DNA of 64,000 bases from Chrysomallon squamiferum (Eukaryota > Animalia > Mollusca): positions 30,628,001 to 30,692,000 of the forward strand of contig CM022679.1 in NCBI GenBank assembly GCA_012295275.1. Reading direction: 5' to 3'. How positions within the stretch are numbered: the stretch's first letter is position 1; each line of letters starts with the position of its first letter. Of the stretch, positions 1 through 13,128 are shown one piece after another. The notes below the pieces were generated by a model. That model ran no database searches. It worked only from the letters and a program-made list of their open reading frames with translations, and was not told the DNA's origin. A program made the position numbers and the translations under genes.

Positions 1-157
1 ATTTAGACCTTTTAATTAGATGTTTTTGCTGATGGTATGCAAATTTATTCAAATGTTTCTTTTCAATGTTATCTTCACATTTCATTAATTCTGCAGTTTA
101 TTGATCAAATGATAGCAGAACACATGGGAGAAAGAAGAGATGAGAAAAAGAAACAAG

Positions 158-189
<32 letters not shown>

Positions 190-202
190 AATGAATAAAT
201 AC

Positions 203-869
203 CAAATATTATTGTATTCTGTTTCAGTTCTTCAGCTTTCTGTAACTCTGAGTCAAGCCATCTGAGCTGCTTGGAGGACACTCCACCATTCCACATGACA
301 AACTGACTGTGTTCAGCGTCGAGTCCAGCAGGTGAATTTAGATTCTCATTTCTGTTTATCCGTCGGATTATTTCATACGCGTGTTGGTACATTTCACTGC
401 TTTCTGCATAGCCAAGAAGACTGACTTCATAGCAGTCGAGTGCAATGAACCTCACAGACGGATGTGGTTGGAACGAGTAATAGAAACAACCTGGGGGCGA
501 CTTGCATTCACTTCTAGCAGGACTGAACAGCTCAGTTTCCTTCAACTCTTCTCGGCTGAAGTTGTAAAGCTCGTGATTCCCAATGACGTGATAGACTGGT
601 TTCCCATAACTGACAAACGGACCAAGGGCCGTTTTTAGACATCGGCTGCTTCCTATGTGTCTGCAGCTGCCATCAATCTGGTCACCTAGCTGAAGAATGA
701 AGTTTAGATTTGGATACGACTGTTGCCAGTGAGTCACTGCATTCTTCAAGTGGTTCAACGAATTTCTGTAATGACGGATTCGCGTTTGGCTGAAATCGCT
801 GCCGTCATCCTTGTCTGCATACTGCACGTCTGCAATAAGGCCAAATGTCAGCAAAGGTTCTGAACTCAT
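203..869 (-). CDS. ADPRM: First coding exon of manganese-dependent ADP-ribose/CDP-alcohol diphosphatase (ADPRibase-Mn, metallophosphoesterase fold); the gene continues beyond the window's left edge
   Basis: The translation shows metallophosphoesterase motifs GLIADVQYAD (the DxQ variant typical of ADPRibase-Mn), QLGDQIDG and GNHE, plus FIALD and WNGGVSSKQLRWL. The exon is 667 nt (222 codons + 1) and ends at a phase-1 donor TTTG|GTATTT (GT at 202-201), just before the expected His motif. The ORF tail after IIFG is intronic (CT)n read-through. A polypyrimidine tract (TTTTCTTTTATAAAG) with candidate AG acceptors lies just upstream of the ATG. Confidence 0.92.
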
Positions 870-994
870 CTGAATCCTGGTATAGCTTTATAAAAGAAAA
901 ACCACTATTGCATTACCATGTCATAAAGTGATCAAAAACATGCACAAAAACATTAAAAAAAAAAAAAAAAAAAAAAAATAATATATATATATAT

Positions 995-1025
<31 letters not shown>

Positions 1026-1784
1026 TCAATAAATAAAATTTTTAAAAAAAGGTACAGATATTTTAAAGAGACAAATTCAAGAATACTAAAAGACAATACT
1101 TTTTGTTATATCTACATATGTGTAATATTTTTATAACTATTTAATGACGATAAAGTAAATAAAAAATAAATAAAATAAATGAATAAATAAATAAAAAATA
1201 AATGACCTACAACTCTTTCAACCGCTAATTATTCACCAGTTGCAGTTGCGTCCCTTCTGTTTTCTACTTTACTTCCAGACAACAGTTATGTAATTTAAAT
1301 ATACTTTAACTCAGTCAGTATAAAAGATATAAATGTAAAGGTAAAAACGGTTTCGTCCTATAAATCATATGATTTGATGTTTTTCTGATTTTTTATTTTC
1401 TGATTGATTTTTTAAATTGCTTTACCTTTTTCAAGCTTCATGTTTGGCCCGTCAAAATCCATTATTATTGAGTATAGTTTATGATCTACTCACCAGAAAA
1501 TCGAATCAAAACTCTAAACAATCACTGTTGTACTGCCTAAATATAAAAGTTAACAAACAACTTTACTTATCTGTTCTATTTATAATATAGAGGATTGCCC
1601 AACGACACTGAAACTGTCGGAGGATAAAAATAGACCGCGAGTCATTTCGCCACCCAGCTTTAACTTCCACGACAAAAGCTGTAGCGGTGCACCGTTCATT
1701 TTCACAAATATAAGTAATATTATATCTTGGTTATTAAGTAAGTATGCGTATAATCAGGCACAAGTGAAAGTTTCGAAAACTTAC

Positions 1785-1900
1785 CCAGACTTGTATTTTA
1801 AAAGTATTTTCACCTTTTGCGAAAATAAATGGTTCCAAAAAATCATTTATCGATGAACTGATAATAGGACTTGGTCTCGATTATCTTTTTTGAGTGGTTT
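1785..1900 (-). other. Probable non-coding 5'UTR exon of ADPRM (5' boundary approximate)
   Basis: Consensus minus-strand donor CTGG|GTAAGT (ACTTAC at 1779-1784) lies between the coding exon and the promoter motifs at 1926-1941. Confidence 0.45.
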
Positions 1901-1990
1901 CCCCTCGAAGGATAATACGAAAAAGTATCGATATCGCGAGACGAGGAATAAAGGGGCAGTACTCTTCGCATAGCATGTTGATTGAGGCTC
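1840..1990. promoter_or_regulatory. TATA-less housekeeping-type promoter, probably of ADPRM
   Basis: CpG-rich patch with a perfect DRE palindrome TATCGATA (1926-1933) abutting a TCGCGAGA motif (1934-1941), and a near-DRE TATCGATG at ~1848. It lies ~1 kb upstream of the ADPRM ATG. Confidence 0.55.
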
Positions 1991-2059
1991 GAAAAGGGAT
2001 TTTTCTTAATTTGCTTACATATTGGAAATCGTATATTTTCGTAAATAAAATCCTTTCGA

Positions 2060-2177
2060 CTTGATTTTAATAAATTTATTTCTTTTTTTTTCTGCAGGCA
2101 AAATCAAATGCAACTTTCCCTCACATTTCTTACTTTATTAATTAATTAATTTATTTATTTATTTTAAAACTGAAATA
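2060..2177 (+). repeat. Copy 1 of a ~110 bp dispersed repeat (copy 2 at ~9005-9110)
   Basis: TTTTTCTGCAGG-CAAAATCAAATGCAACTTTCCCTCACATTT-(TTTA)n-CTGAAATA aligns by eye with 9029-9110. Confidence 0.75.
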
Positions 2178-2458
2178 GCCATGGTGAACAAAAATGTCAG
2201 AACCACACGTCTATTGTAAAATAATATATTTTTAACTGAATGATTATAAGAAGTAAATAAAATCTTGTTTAATATTACGTTAAACAATATGTTATTTTCT
2301 TCTCATTATTTTACTTAATTACACACATATACAGACACACTGGTTTTGGTGTGTTGAATATTGTAAATATTTCAGCTCTGATGATGATGATGAGGATGAT
2401 GACGATGATAATAATAATAACTACCTGACTGCGTATGAGTTCTCAGTTCTGGGTTTAT

Positions 2459-2462
<4 letters not shown>

Positions 2463-2538
<76 letters not shown>
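2463..2538 (+). repeat. (AG)n microsatellite
   Basis: Pure AG dinucleotide run. Confidence 0.97.
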
Positions 2539-2542
<4 letters not shown>

Positions 2543-3596
2543 GTTGCAGACAATGAAACAGAAAAAAGTAAATAAAAGAAGAAGGGGAAAAAGAAATGGA
2601 AAAAAAAAAAAAAAAAAAAAAAAAAAAGAAAAGAAGAAGACCCCCCAAAACTAAAGCAAACAAACAAACAAATGAAGATCGCAAACAGTGGTGTATAAAC
2701 ACTGTCAGTAACAGACTAATCTGCCTGTTTGACTGACAGTGTACACACGCTAGATAAATCACATTACTCTTAGTTTCGACGAACTCAGGAAACAGGTCAA
2801 TTATCCGAATTACTGGCTGATCTCAATCAATGGCGAGAACTTTACATACTTTGGACGGAGATAAAACAAACGCTTAGCCATTTAGTCACCTCACGCGACC
2901 ACAAAACTCTTCTTCAGCCACTGAGGCTAAACATTTAATTTCTTTGTTGGTACATCCGGTAAGAGGGGCACAAATTGGGGATACATTGTTGAAAGGTGAT
3001 ACCTAAAGTAATTCAGTAAGAAGATGATGTGGTATACAGAGAAAAGAGATAGTGGATTTGCTTTCAGTCCCAAATTTAAATAAAGTCCAGTGTACTTTTA
3101 TCGTTAGATCTTTAACACTGTAATGATGAAAGATAATCAGATCAGAGGGAGTGCCGAATCAAATATCTGATATGTCATATCAAAAGAAGGTTTTAAAAAA
3201 ACTGAAAATGCACTGCAATAATACAAATGTGAATGTACGTTTGTATCTATGTGTGTATGTCTATTGTATGTATTTCAGAATTTGAATATTCTTTGTCTTG
3301 TGTAAGTATGTAATGTGTATGTATATATGTATGTATGTATAATTACATGTATTTTAGAACATGAATATTCTCTGTCTTATCTACACCTGATTTCACTCTG
3401 CAAACAGACAGTATTCAGGTACGCACAAAGACCAATCTTAACTTCGTATGGCACCCATTCACCCATTCAAAACTTACGAAGATTCCTCAGTAACCGATGG
3501 TAATCGTTGCTTCCCACGAAGCACGCCGTTATTTGTCATTCTGCGTGGATCTGTATTTCGTGGGAGACTGGCACGAGCAAGTGTATTGTAGGATTT

Positions 3597-3880
3597 GAGT
3601 ATGTGTGTATGTAGTATGCGATATGTATGTATAGATGTATGTATGCATCTACATATGTATCTCTGTAATGTAATATTTGTATGTATGTATGTATGTATGT
3701 ACGTAGTATGTATGTATGTTTGTATAAATGCGCTATATATATATAGATATATAGATGTATGTATGCAACTACATATGTATTTATATGTAATATTTGTATG
3801 CATGTATGTATTCATGCATGTATGTATTTATGCATGTATGTATGTATGTATGTGTGTGTGTATGTATGTATGCATATATG
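3597..3880 (+). repeat. Degenerate (TATG)n tract with an internal duplication of about 120 bp
   Basis: ATAGATGTATGTATGCA(T/A)CTACATATGTAT...ATGTAATATTTGTATG occurs twice. Confidence 0.85.
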
Positions 3881-5201
3881 TAACTCGGTATGTGCTAGGG
3901 CTGAAAAACCTCCAGTCACAGTTAAAATTGACGCGTCTGCTCCAATATCTTTGTGCGGATCGCTCATTGTGGAATTCTGACATCCAGCAGTCAGATTCGC
4001 TATTGATCCGGAAACCGGCCGTTTGGCGGCGAAATCGAGCAAAATACAAGCACCTTATAGCGATAGATTTCCACTGTAATTAAGATTAAAGTGGGTGCAG
4101 ACATTTTCCTTGTCCCTTTAATGAAGAAATCAATAAAATCATCACATGGGTTATTGATTGAAGACAAACATTACTATCTCTCGAGTAAGAACACTTCCAG
4201 CCCGGTTCTGTAGTCGTCCCAGGCAAATTCCACCTGCAGTTCTTGTCGATATATAATGGGCAATTCGATCACATTTGTCGATACCTTAACACACTGAAAG
4301 TTTAAGGTCTAATATATATATATATATACACACACAAATACACACACAAACACACACTCACACAAATCTATATATATACATATATCAATGACATACCACC
4401 ATAAAATAAACTTTTATCAACTAAATCCTAGGACAATATCTATGCACTCTGTCACTGACATGACAGCACGTTCCATAGTGTTTTTTTTCTTCATAACTAA
4501 TGATGAACTCCTGGGTAGTACGGGGAAAAGGAGAATGACCTTGATAAAAGAAATGACCTTAGATCCAGAAATGAAACGACCCTAGCATCAGTATACAACA
4601 ACCATTTATTCAGAAAATGCTGTTTTCTCCTCTGAAAGAAAATATACCCTCAAGGACAATAAATAGATATAATTAACTCTGTAGAGTTAGGATTAGTATT
4701 AGAAACATTACCGTTACGAGGAATCAGTCCGTATATCAAAGGTCACTGTGGTTAAATTGTTAGATGGCATGGTCTGTTTATTTTAGTAATCGAAGATATT
4801 TACAGCTTCTGGGTTGTTAAATACAATCTGTGTTTGGCCAGTGTTTCTGAATACAACACAAAAATAGTTATATCAGTGAATGAACTAAGATTAAATGAAT
4901 GAATAAATAAATAAATGAATAAATTAATTTACGAAAGAATGAAATACCGATGTTGAATAATTAAATGAACGGATGAAAGAAAACGAATAATATTTTAAGA
5001 AAAACGCGAGGAGGAATACGTTAAAGAATTTAAATTAATCTGAAAAGTAATACATAAATATTATTACCACTATTAGTACTGCTATAAGTAATTCTGATAC
5101 TGCCTGTATTAATACTACTACTGGTACGGCTATTGTTGCTATTATTACTACTACTACCACTACTGCTACTACCCTATTGTTACTAGTTCTCTCCCCTTGT
5201 C

Positions 5202-5204
<3 letters not shown>

Positions 5205-5284
<80 letters not shown>
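5205..5284 (+). repeat. (CT)n microsatellite
   Basis: Pure CT run. Confidence 0.97.
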
Positions 5285-5287
<3 letters not shown>

Positions 5288-6129
5288 CTTTCTAGCTCTG
5301 TCACTTTATCCTGTGTATAATCACTTTTACTCTTTCGTTGTCGTCATTATTACCATTAATCGTGCCATAAACTATCACGGCCTCGTTTTGAAATCAAGAC
5401 ACGTTTCGTCCATTTACTCTTCCGGATAGTGTGTGCTATTTTTGGACACTAAGCATCATAATGGAGAACATTTAGATAAATCACTTGTGATTCTGTCCTC
5501 AGTGTTGTTTTGAAACACAACCCCTTTAATTAATCGACAAAGAAAACATCCAGATATCTTACAGGCCAAACAGTTTTGAATAAATACATAATAACAAAAA
5601 CAACAAGAGAGATTTTGAAGTGGTGTTAATCACAGAAGGATTCTTATGTAGCTAAATTAAATAATTACGATGATAAGATTCACTTTTGTCAGATAATTAA
5701 CCTGGCTGTCTGATAATATGACGCACACGTCAATATTTTTGAAAGAATATAAATAAATATGTAATAGAGTGGGAATACAGCTTGATACTTGATGACTAAA
5801 ATGCTGCAAAAAGTAGAGTTAAGATATAAATGTTGCTAATCTAATTATTTGCCATATTTATACGTTGTTTTTTCAAAAAAAATACAACATTTGCTCAATC
5901 ATCTTAAATGGGAAAGTTTATAAAAATATTTTGAAATACTCAAAAGGATAACTATTTTTTTCGTGTCTTTATCTCCCCCCAGTCTGTCTTTCTCTTCATC
6001 CCTCCCACCTAACTCCCTCCCTCCCTCTCTCTCTCTAACTTATTTATCTGACACTGCTACCCGTTTTCTTCTTCTTCTTAATATTGTTGTTGTTTTTATT
6101 ATAATTATTATTATTATTTGTTGTTGTTG

Positions 6130-6200
<71 letters not shown>

Positions 6201-7681
6201 GTTGCTGCTGCTAATGGATTTTTATTTATTATATTTCCAGGCAGCTGACAAAACTGATTTGCAGACGTCTTTCAAGCAAGAAAACCTCCTACTGTCTTTA
6301 AAACGTAGCGCAGCTAGTTTTCAGTGCTTTTTTCCAATACGCTGACCATGCTATCTAATCCGGATGTTATTACAAACTTTATATGATTTTATCCGCTGTC
6401 GTCATGCCTAACAGAGCAGAAACCATAACAAGACTCGTCCGTTCATCGGGAATTCAATCATTAAAAGATGATGGCGTAAGAGATCCAGATTCAGATAAAT
6501 CAGTTACTTACGGTCGATCTACTTTTCACCACATTTTGTACTGAGACCGCTGGAGTCATTGCCCGTTCCAAATGTGATCGGGTTAATTGATAGAATTTAC
6601 AGAGTTAGAGAAATCAGCGATTGTTTCTTCAGTGTGCACTACTCCATAGATCGTGTTTTCCTTTTCATCATTTCTTTTATTATTATTATTATTGTTGTTG
6701 TTGTTGTTGTTGATGTTGTTATTGTCGTCGTCGCCAGTAGCATCACCATTATTATTATTATAATAATATTATTTTATATTCTGTCGAATGTAGAGTTAAC
6801 CAATATGAACGGTGTTACGAGGTATGGCTTTTGCTTGTGAAATATATTTCGCTTATAATTCATTCAAACAGAGATCTATAAGGACTTGAAATAACTTAAA
6901 ACAGTTCTACGACTTTCTAAATTGATTTAGCTGGGTCTGTTTCAGGAGGAAAAAATCCGTTTCGCTTTTTTAGGCCCCAGAATGGTTTGTAGAAACAAAA
7001 ATTCTGCCTTCCACTCTACATCTGTCTTTCTATAATAAAGTGAATTAAATATATCCAGATTGAATATTAGTACTACTACTACTGCTGCTGCTGCTACTAC
7101 AACTACTAATGTTACCAATACTGCTACTATTAAAACAACTTCTACTACTAAATGATAAAAATAATAATAACAACAACTCAAAGCAACAGCAACAACAACA
7201 ACAAAAAAAATAATATAAAACCTCAGACCAAAACCAATAACAACAATAACAACAATCAAACAAAAACAACAGTACTGATAAAGCTCGTTTAGCAAATCAT
7301 CTATACAATTTTCTTTTAAAAAACGAATGACTGAAACGCAAAATTGAACGCATCTTGTTTGTTTTGCTCATTAAACGAAATCGTTCATACAGATCACTTT
7401 GTGTGAACGCGTCTTAAGCACCAACGTCCTCTTCAACGCGAACTGTGTCGTCAGGCAATTTGCTCCGTAATTTGTCCATCTCAAACCCATTCATAAACTG
7501 ACACATTCTAAATCTTTCAATCAACAACAGAAACTGTCACGGCTCCCTATCGACCAACCATTAGCTGAAATATGTTAGCCCTAAGAGAGCCCATTTACCG
7601 TTTTTCTAAAGGTTCGTGCATTTAAAGTAAATAAAGTGCAATTATAATGGAACCGTCATTTATACTTTTTATTTTATTTTA

Positions 7682-7713
<32 letters not shown>

Positions 7714-8509
7714 GGTGTCGTGGAGACTGAGATTAAGAATGTTAGAGAAATACCTCTAACACTCTGTAAATATTATAATTAAAGAGTTGAGAATACACGA
7801 AATAATATCAAGAACATTTTATTGCTTTTTGTTGTTGTTGTTGTTTTTTCATTATTATAAGAAATTATAATAATAAGAAACAAAATCATTAATTATAGAA
7901 GAAAACATATTTTTGGTAATTAAGAAACATCTCCATTGTTTGACTTAAATAATGTGGTTTTATGGTATTTCTTGTTTGTCTACCTATCTGTCAGTTTGTC
8001 AGTCTATCTCTCTCTGTATATATATATATATATATATACATCTAAATATCTATCTGCATGTGCATCTATTTGTCTGTTTATCTATCTGTGTGTCTGTCTT
8101 TTGTCTGAATATATATACATATATCACAGTGCAGTAGGTTCCATTTCTCCAAGAGTTACTAAACAAAACTAATATTTGATCCTAAGCCATCGTTTATTTT
8201 AAAATAATGAACATCGAAAAAGAATTCGAGAAGGCAATTCATCATTCACTGTTATCTTAGCTTAATCTTAGCACATTGCTTTTGTCTGTATGACGTTAGA
8301 CTAAAGTATGTTTGACTGTTTTTCAAACAGGTTTTTATTTCGTCTTGTTACATGTTAATTGTAAGTTATTTCGTCAGCTGCTCCACGCTTTCATGTGTCA
8401 TCTTAAAAAAAAAAAAAAAAAAAAAAACATAAAAAAAAAATTATTCTGAGCTGTAAGCACAAAGCAGTGTATTAATTTACGAGATTGTTCTCGTAGTGGT
8501 ACTAATTAG

Positions 8510-8698
8510 TAATAACAACAACAACAACAACAATAATAACAATAATAACAATAACAGTAATAACAACAATAATAACAACAACAACAACAACAATAATAAC
8601 AACAACAACAACAACAACAACAATAATAATAATAACAATAACAATAATAACAACAACAATAATAATAATAATAAGAAGAAGAAGAAGAAGAAGAAGAA
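8510..8698 (+). repeat. Compound (AAC/AAT/AAG)n microsatellite
   Basis: Visible trinucleotide runs; source of the poly-N and poly-L ORFs. Confidence 0.95.
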
Positions 8699-9004
8699 AT
8701 AAATTACTTGGCCTTAATAAATTAACATAACCGCAGCAGTATTTAAACAAGAAATATTAAAACCGTTTGGAAATAAATAAGTATAATAGCCTTACTGTAA
8801 CATCATACTTTCAGAATAAATATACAAAATAATTACCTGCAGATATACGTAATATTGGATAATCTCCTTGGGCGTATGCAAAAATCTGTTTGCCATTACA
8901 GTTGTCAAACTTTTAATTTTATCCGAGAAGGTTGTTAATGAAGATGATTCGGGTATGTGGATTTGCATACTCTCTGGACAAAAGCAAAATAATTATATAC
9001 ATGT

Positions 9005-9110
9005 TCTTAAAAATTGATTTATCTTTGTTTTTCTGCAGGTAAAAACCAAATGCAACTTTCCCTCATATTTATTTATTTATTTATTTATTTATTTATTTTA
9101 ATTCTGAAAT
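9005..9110 (+). repeat. Copy 2 of the ~110 bp dispersed repeat
   Basis: TTTTTCTGCAGGTAAAAACCAAATGCAACTTTCCCTCATATTT-(ATTT)n-CTGAAATA shares the exact core CAAATGCAACTTTCCCTCA with copy 1. Confidence 0.75.
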
Positions 9111-9250
9111 ATAAAACAGTAAAAAGAAACGACCGAAACTGTACTGAAGAACAGAAACAAACTATACACTCTTCGAGCCAGTTTCTTTAGTAAATTCCAA
9201 TATCCCAGAAGCCGTGTAAATTGCCTCGTAATTGTACAAGTTTCGTAACA

Positions 9251-9415
9251 CAGGTACAGATTGAAACAGGTGTGTGGCTCGACAGGTGTTTCACATGGAT
9301 GTTCAAGACGTTGTTATTCTACACATGGCTGAAGAGTGTTTACGTTCGCCCTTGCATTTTCTGAATACTTGCGGTGCATATGCTCACAGTGCGTTCACTT
9401 TTTCTCTTCCAGCTG
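9251..9415. promoter_or_regulatory. Candidate E-box-cluster enhancer
   Basis: Six CANNTG sites in ~150 bp: CAGGTG (9267, 9283), CACATG (9292, 9322), CATATG (9377) and CAGCTG (9410), plus CAGGTA (9251). Confidence 0.4.
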
Positions 9416-9998
9416 AAACTTCTGAAAGGTTATAAATGTAATAATTACGTTGTCAGAAGACTGAAATTACATACGCACAGAGCATGCACAGCAAATGGCC
9501 TTTTAATAAAAAAAAAAAAATATAATTAAAAAAATGTTAACGAATAAATGAATGAATGAACGAATAAATGAATGATATAAGTACTTAAATGATTTATGGA
9601 CGAGGAAAATATAATATGTAAATACTGTAATCAATGGATGGATGAAAATGCGGTTTCAAACTCATTTTATTATCAAGAATTATTGAACCGTTATGAAAGA
9701 TGTTATTAGTACTATCAATAAGAGATTATCTTTTATATCTCCTCCTCTCTCCCCTTCTCTCTCTCTCTCTTCCTCTCCCTCCCCTCCCCCTCTCTCTCTC
9801 TCTCTCCCCCTCCCTCATTCTATCTTGCTTCTTGGAATACCGACCGTACAACAAAAATAACCTTCACCTTGTTCAACGCATTTGTACATGTCAATTTGCC
9901 GGCATCATAAATTGGGGCAATTAGATTTTTGACATGTTGAGTTTGCTAAGATGTCGAGTCAGAGAGAGCTGCTTTCTGCTCAGGATGGTTGTACTTAC

Positions 9999-10242
9999 CT
10001 GGCTCGTTAACACAACAGACGTCGAAATATGTATGATCTGTGGAACAGACGTCAGAATAGTTTGAGTTAAACTGTTTTTGCAAGCTTCCCAGTTTACTCA
10101 AAGTTAATGCGAGAAAACTGAATTTGTCATAAGCGTGATGAATCAAGTTTGCATGTCTGCCCAGAAGATTCTGATTAAAATGGAATTTTCCAAGTAATTT
10201 CATTTTTGTTATAATAGTCTTTGATTTCAATAGAACAAGTTG
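9999..10242 (-). other. Orphan exon candidate (244 nt, one frame open throughout), product unknown
   Basis: Acceptor TTTTATTTACTATTTATACAG| and perfect donor CAG|GTAAGTA; frame 0 is open end to end (QLVLLKSKTIITKMKLLG...FDVCCVNEP). No protein family recognised. Confidence 0.3.
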
Positions 10243-10269
10243 CTGTATAAATAGTAAATAAAACTCACT

Positions 10270-10385
<116 letters not shown>

Positions 10386-10669
10386 ATTTTATCATTATTT
10401 GATAGACCACATCAGCTAAAATGTTTTACCTTCCATTGAAATTAATATTATTATATCAGCCAATTATTACTAAAATTTCGTTTCGTTCACGTTTGTAATT
10501 TTATACTGATTCAGTGAAAACAATTGCTGAGTATATTAAAGTAAGTTTAAAGAAAATAATTTAGTCTTAATAAATGAAAGAGTATCACATTTTGATCCTA
10601 TCAATTTCTAAATGTTCTAGTCTTCGGACGTTCTAATTTAGTTAGTTTTGTTCATTCATTTATTTCTAG

Positions 10670-10693
10670 GCAGATTAATGTCAAGACAGACCG
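10670..10693 (+). other. 24-nt microexon candidate
   Basis: Branch-like TTCTAAT (10631), acceptor TTCATTTATTTCTAG|, exon GCAGATTAATGTCAAGACAGACCG, donor |GTGAGT. Length is a multiple of 3. Confidence 0.3.
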
Positions 10694-10785
10694 GTGAGTC
10701 TAGACTTATCATCAGTTTGAGGTGGAGAAAGAAAATCCATAGAAACATACAGACGAACGTAAACACATTCTTACATTCACATTCC

Positions 10786-10918
<133 letters not shown>

Positions 10919-11334
10919 ATATTTTTGTTTCTTTTACTCTTGTTTGTACTTCTCATTTGAATTGAATCATCTGATTAATTCCTCATCATTTTTATAGTTT
11001 TCAAATAAAATAACTTTCAATAGGTTTTGATTCTGTAGTCTTTTGTTACGAACATTTGATTTCCATTAATTATCAGATCATGAACGATCATAACGGTTGT
11101 AATTAAAACTAAGACTCAAATCAATTCGTTATTACGGTGGACTGAGTTCCAACGAAACTCAGCCTTCGTTTAACTGAGCTACCGGGTGTTGCTCCGAACG
11201 GTTTACACGTGAACAAGACCTTGCGGTTTCGACTGAATTTAAAGAAAACATGAAACTCATTGCTGCTAAGATTAGTCGTAAATTTTTGGAATTGCATTCC
11301 TAGCATTTCAGGTTCAAAACCTAATAAGAGAGAT

Positions 11335-11470
<136 letters not shown>

Positions 11471-13055
11471 CTATATTCCTTCATATTACCAGCTGCAAAT
11501 ATTTACATATATAGAGTATGTATATCACCTGCTAGTATTTAACTGAAGGAAAATGTGAGAGAATAAACTACTTCGATAAATATTCAGTTTTTTTTTAAAA
11601 GTTTTTTTTATTGTGTATGTGTGAAGATTATTAATTTTTTTGTTTAACAATCCATCTTATCATGATAATAAAAATTAAACCGTATATCATTATACATTTT
11701 TATCTTTGTTTCGCTTTTAATTTACTTACTTTGTCATTTATTAAGGAAAGTTAATGTTTGGAATGTTTGTTTTACTTTGATAATTTCTGTATTTGTTTGT
11801 CCGTTTCTTCTTCATTTTATTTTTTGAAAAGTTCTCGGTATTTGCCGATTTTCTCTTTAAGTCTTTAAACATGCTGACGATTTTTCGTCCATCTTTGTGA
11901 CGTGTTAAATTTTTTTGATGTTTTTTAGTGTGAATTTAAAAAAAAAAAAATTCTAATTCTTTCTTGGTTTTTCAATATTTTTATTTTTCATTTAATTGTT
12001 TGTTTATTAATTTGATTTATTATTATTATTATTGTTTTTGTTGTTGTTAATGTTTTTATAATCATCATCATCATCATTATTATTATTACATCACTATTAC
12101 ATCATTATAGCCATGATCATTATCATCATCCGTTATTAATATAATCATCGACATCATCATCATCATCATCATTATCATCAATCACAACGACATCAGATTA
12201 AAACCCCACGCATTAATGTGTCGCATAATTAACTTTCTAATCAAGTATAAATATTTCAAAATGAGATTTAGGATAATTGTTATTGTGCGCTTGTCGAATT
12301 ATACCTCCGTGTTTTCTGAATCACTCGTCAAGTCATTCAGGCTATGCGAAGCTGAATATTTTCTGTGGATTTACGCTGAAGCGTTAAAATCAGATTTTAT
12401 GTTTTAGCTTCGCTTGTTAAATTTCTCCTGGGAAGACGACAAACGTGAAGGGGATTGAAAACTCGTAAAACAGACTTTTTGTTTTAGGTTACTGGGTAAA
12501 CTGAATCGACTCCGCTCCAAACAGAAACAGATCAAGAAAAGAACTGAAAGGAAGGCGCGGCATTTTTAATTTTATTTTTTTTTTTTTTTTTGATTTCGTT
12601 ACAGTTTAGTTTGAATTTTTTGTTATTATTTGTTTGGGGCTTTGTATGATGTTTGTCCGGTTGATTGTTTGATGATTGTTTGATGGTTGATTGATTGTTT
12701 AATTGATTGTTTCGTGGTTGGTTGGTTTGACTTCGTAATTGTTCCTTTGTTTAACAAAAATTTACATTTATTATAAGTTATATTATTTATAACGTTATTT
12801 TAACAGGCTTTACTTTTGTTATTATTTTCAACAACAGTAACAGAAATTATAAAAATAATATAGAGTCGTATTCATAATTATTGTTATTATCGCAATAAAT
12901 ACAGCAACAATATTCATCATCTTTACTGTCGTCTTCATCGTCAACCAACAATGCTTCAGATAAAGAAATTCAAGATAGTTTATTTTGATATTTAAAATAT
13001 AGTAAAGAACCGCAAACAAAAACGGACAAGATATTTTTTTATCTCAAGTGCGTAT

Positions 13056-13128
<73 letters not shown>

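Noticed and set aside
105-202. C-terminal part of the 254-aa ORF (IYSFLSLSLSL...)
   Set aside because: Read-through into the intron after the phase-1 donor; it contains a (CT)n repeat.
2852-2861. TGGACGGAGA matching the 5' part of miR-184
   Set aside because: The remainder and the star arm do not match.
9992-10003. TACTTACCTGGC resembling the 5' end of U1 snRNA
   Set aside because: The downstream sequence does not follow U1; better explained as a minus-strand consensus donor.
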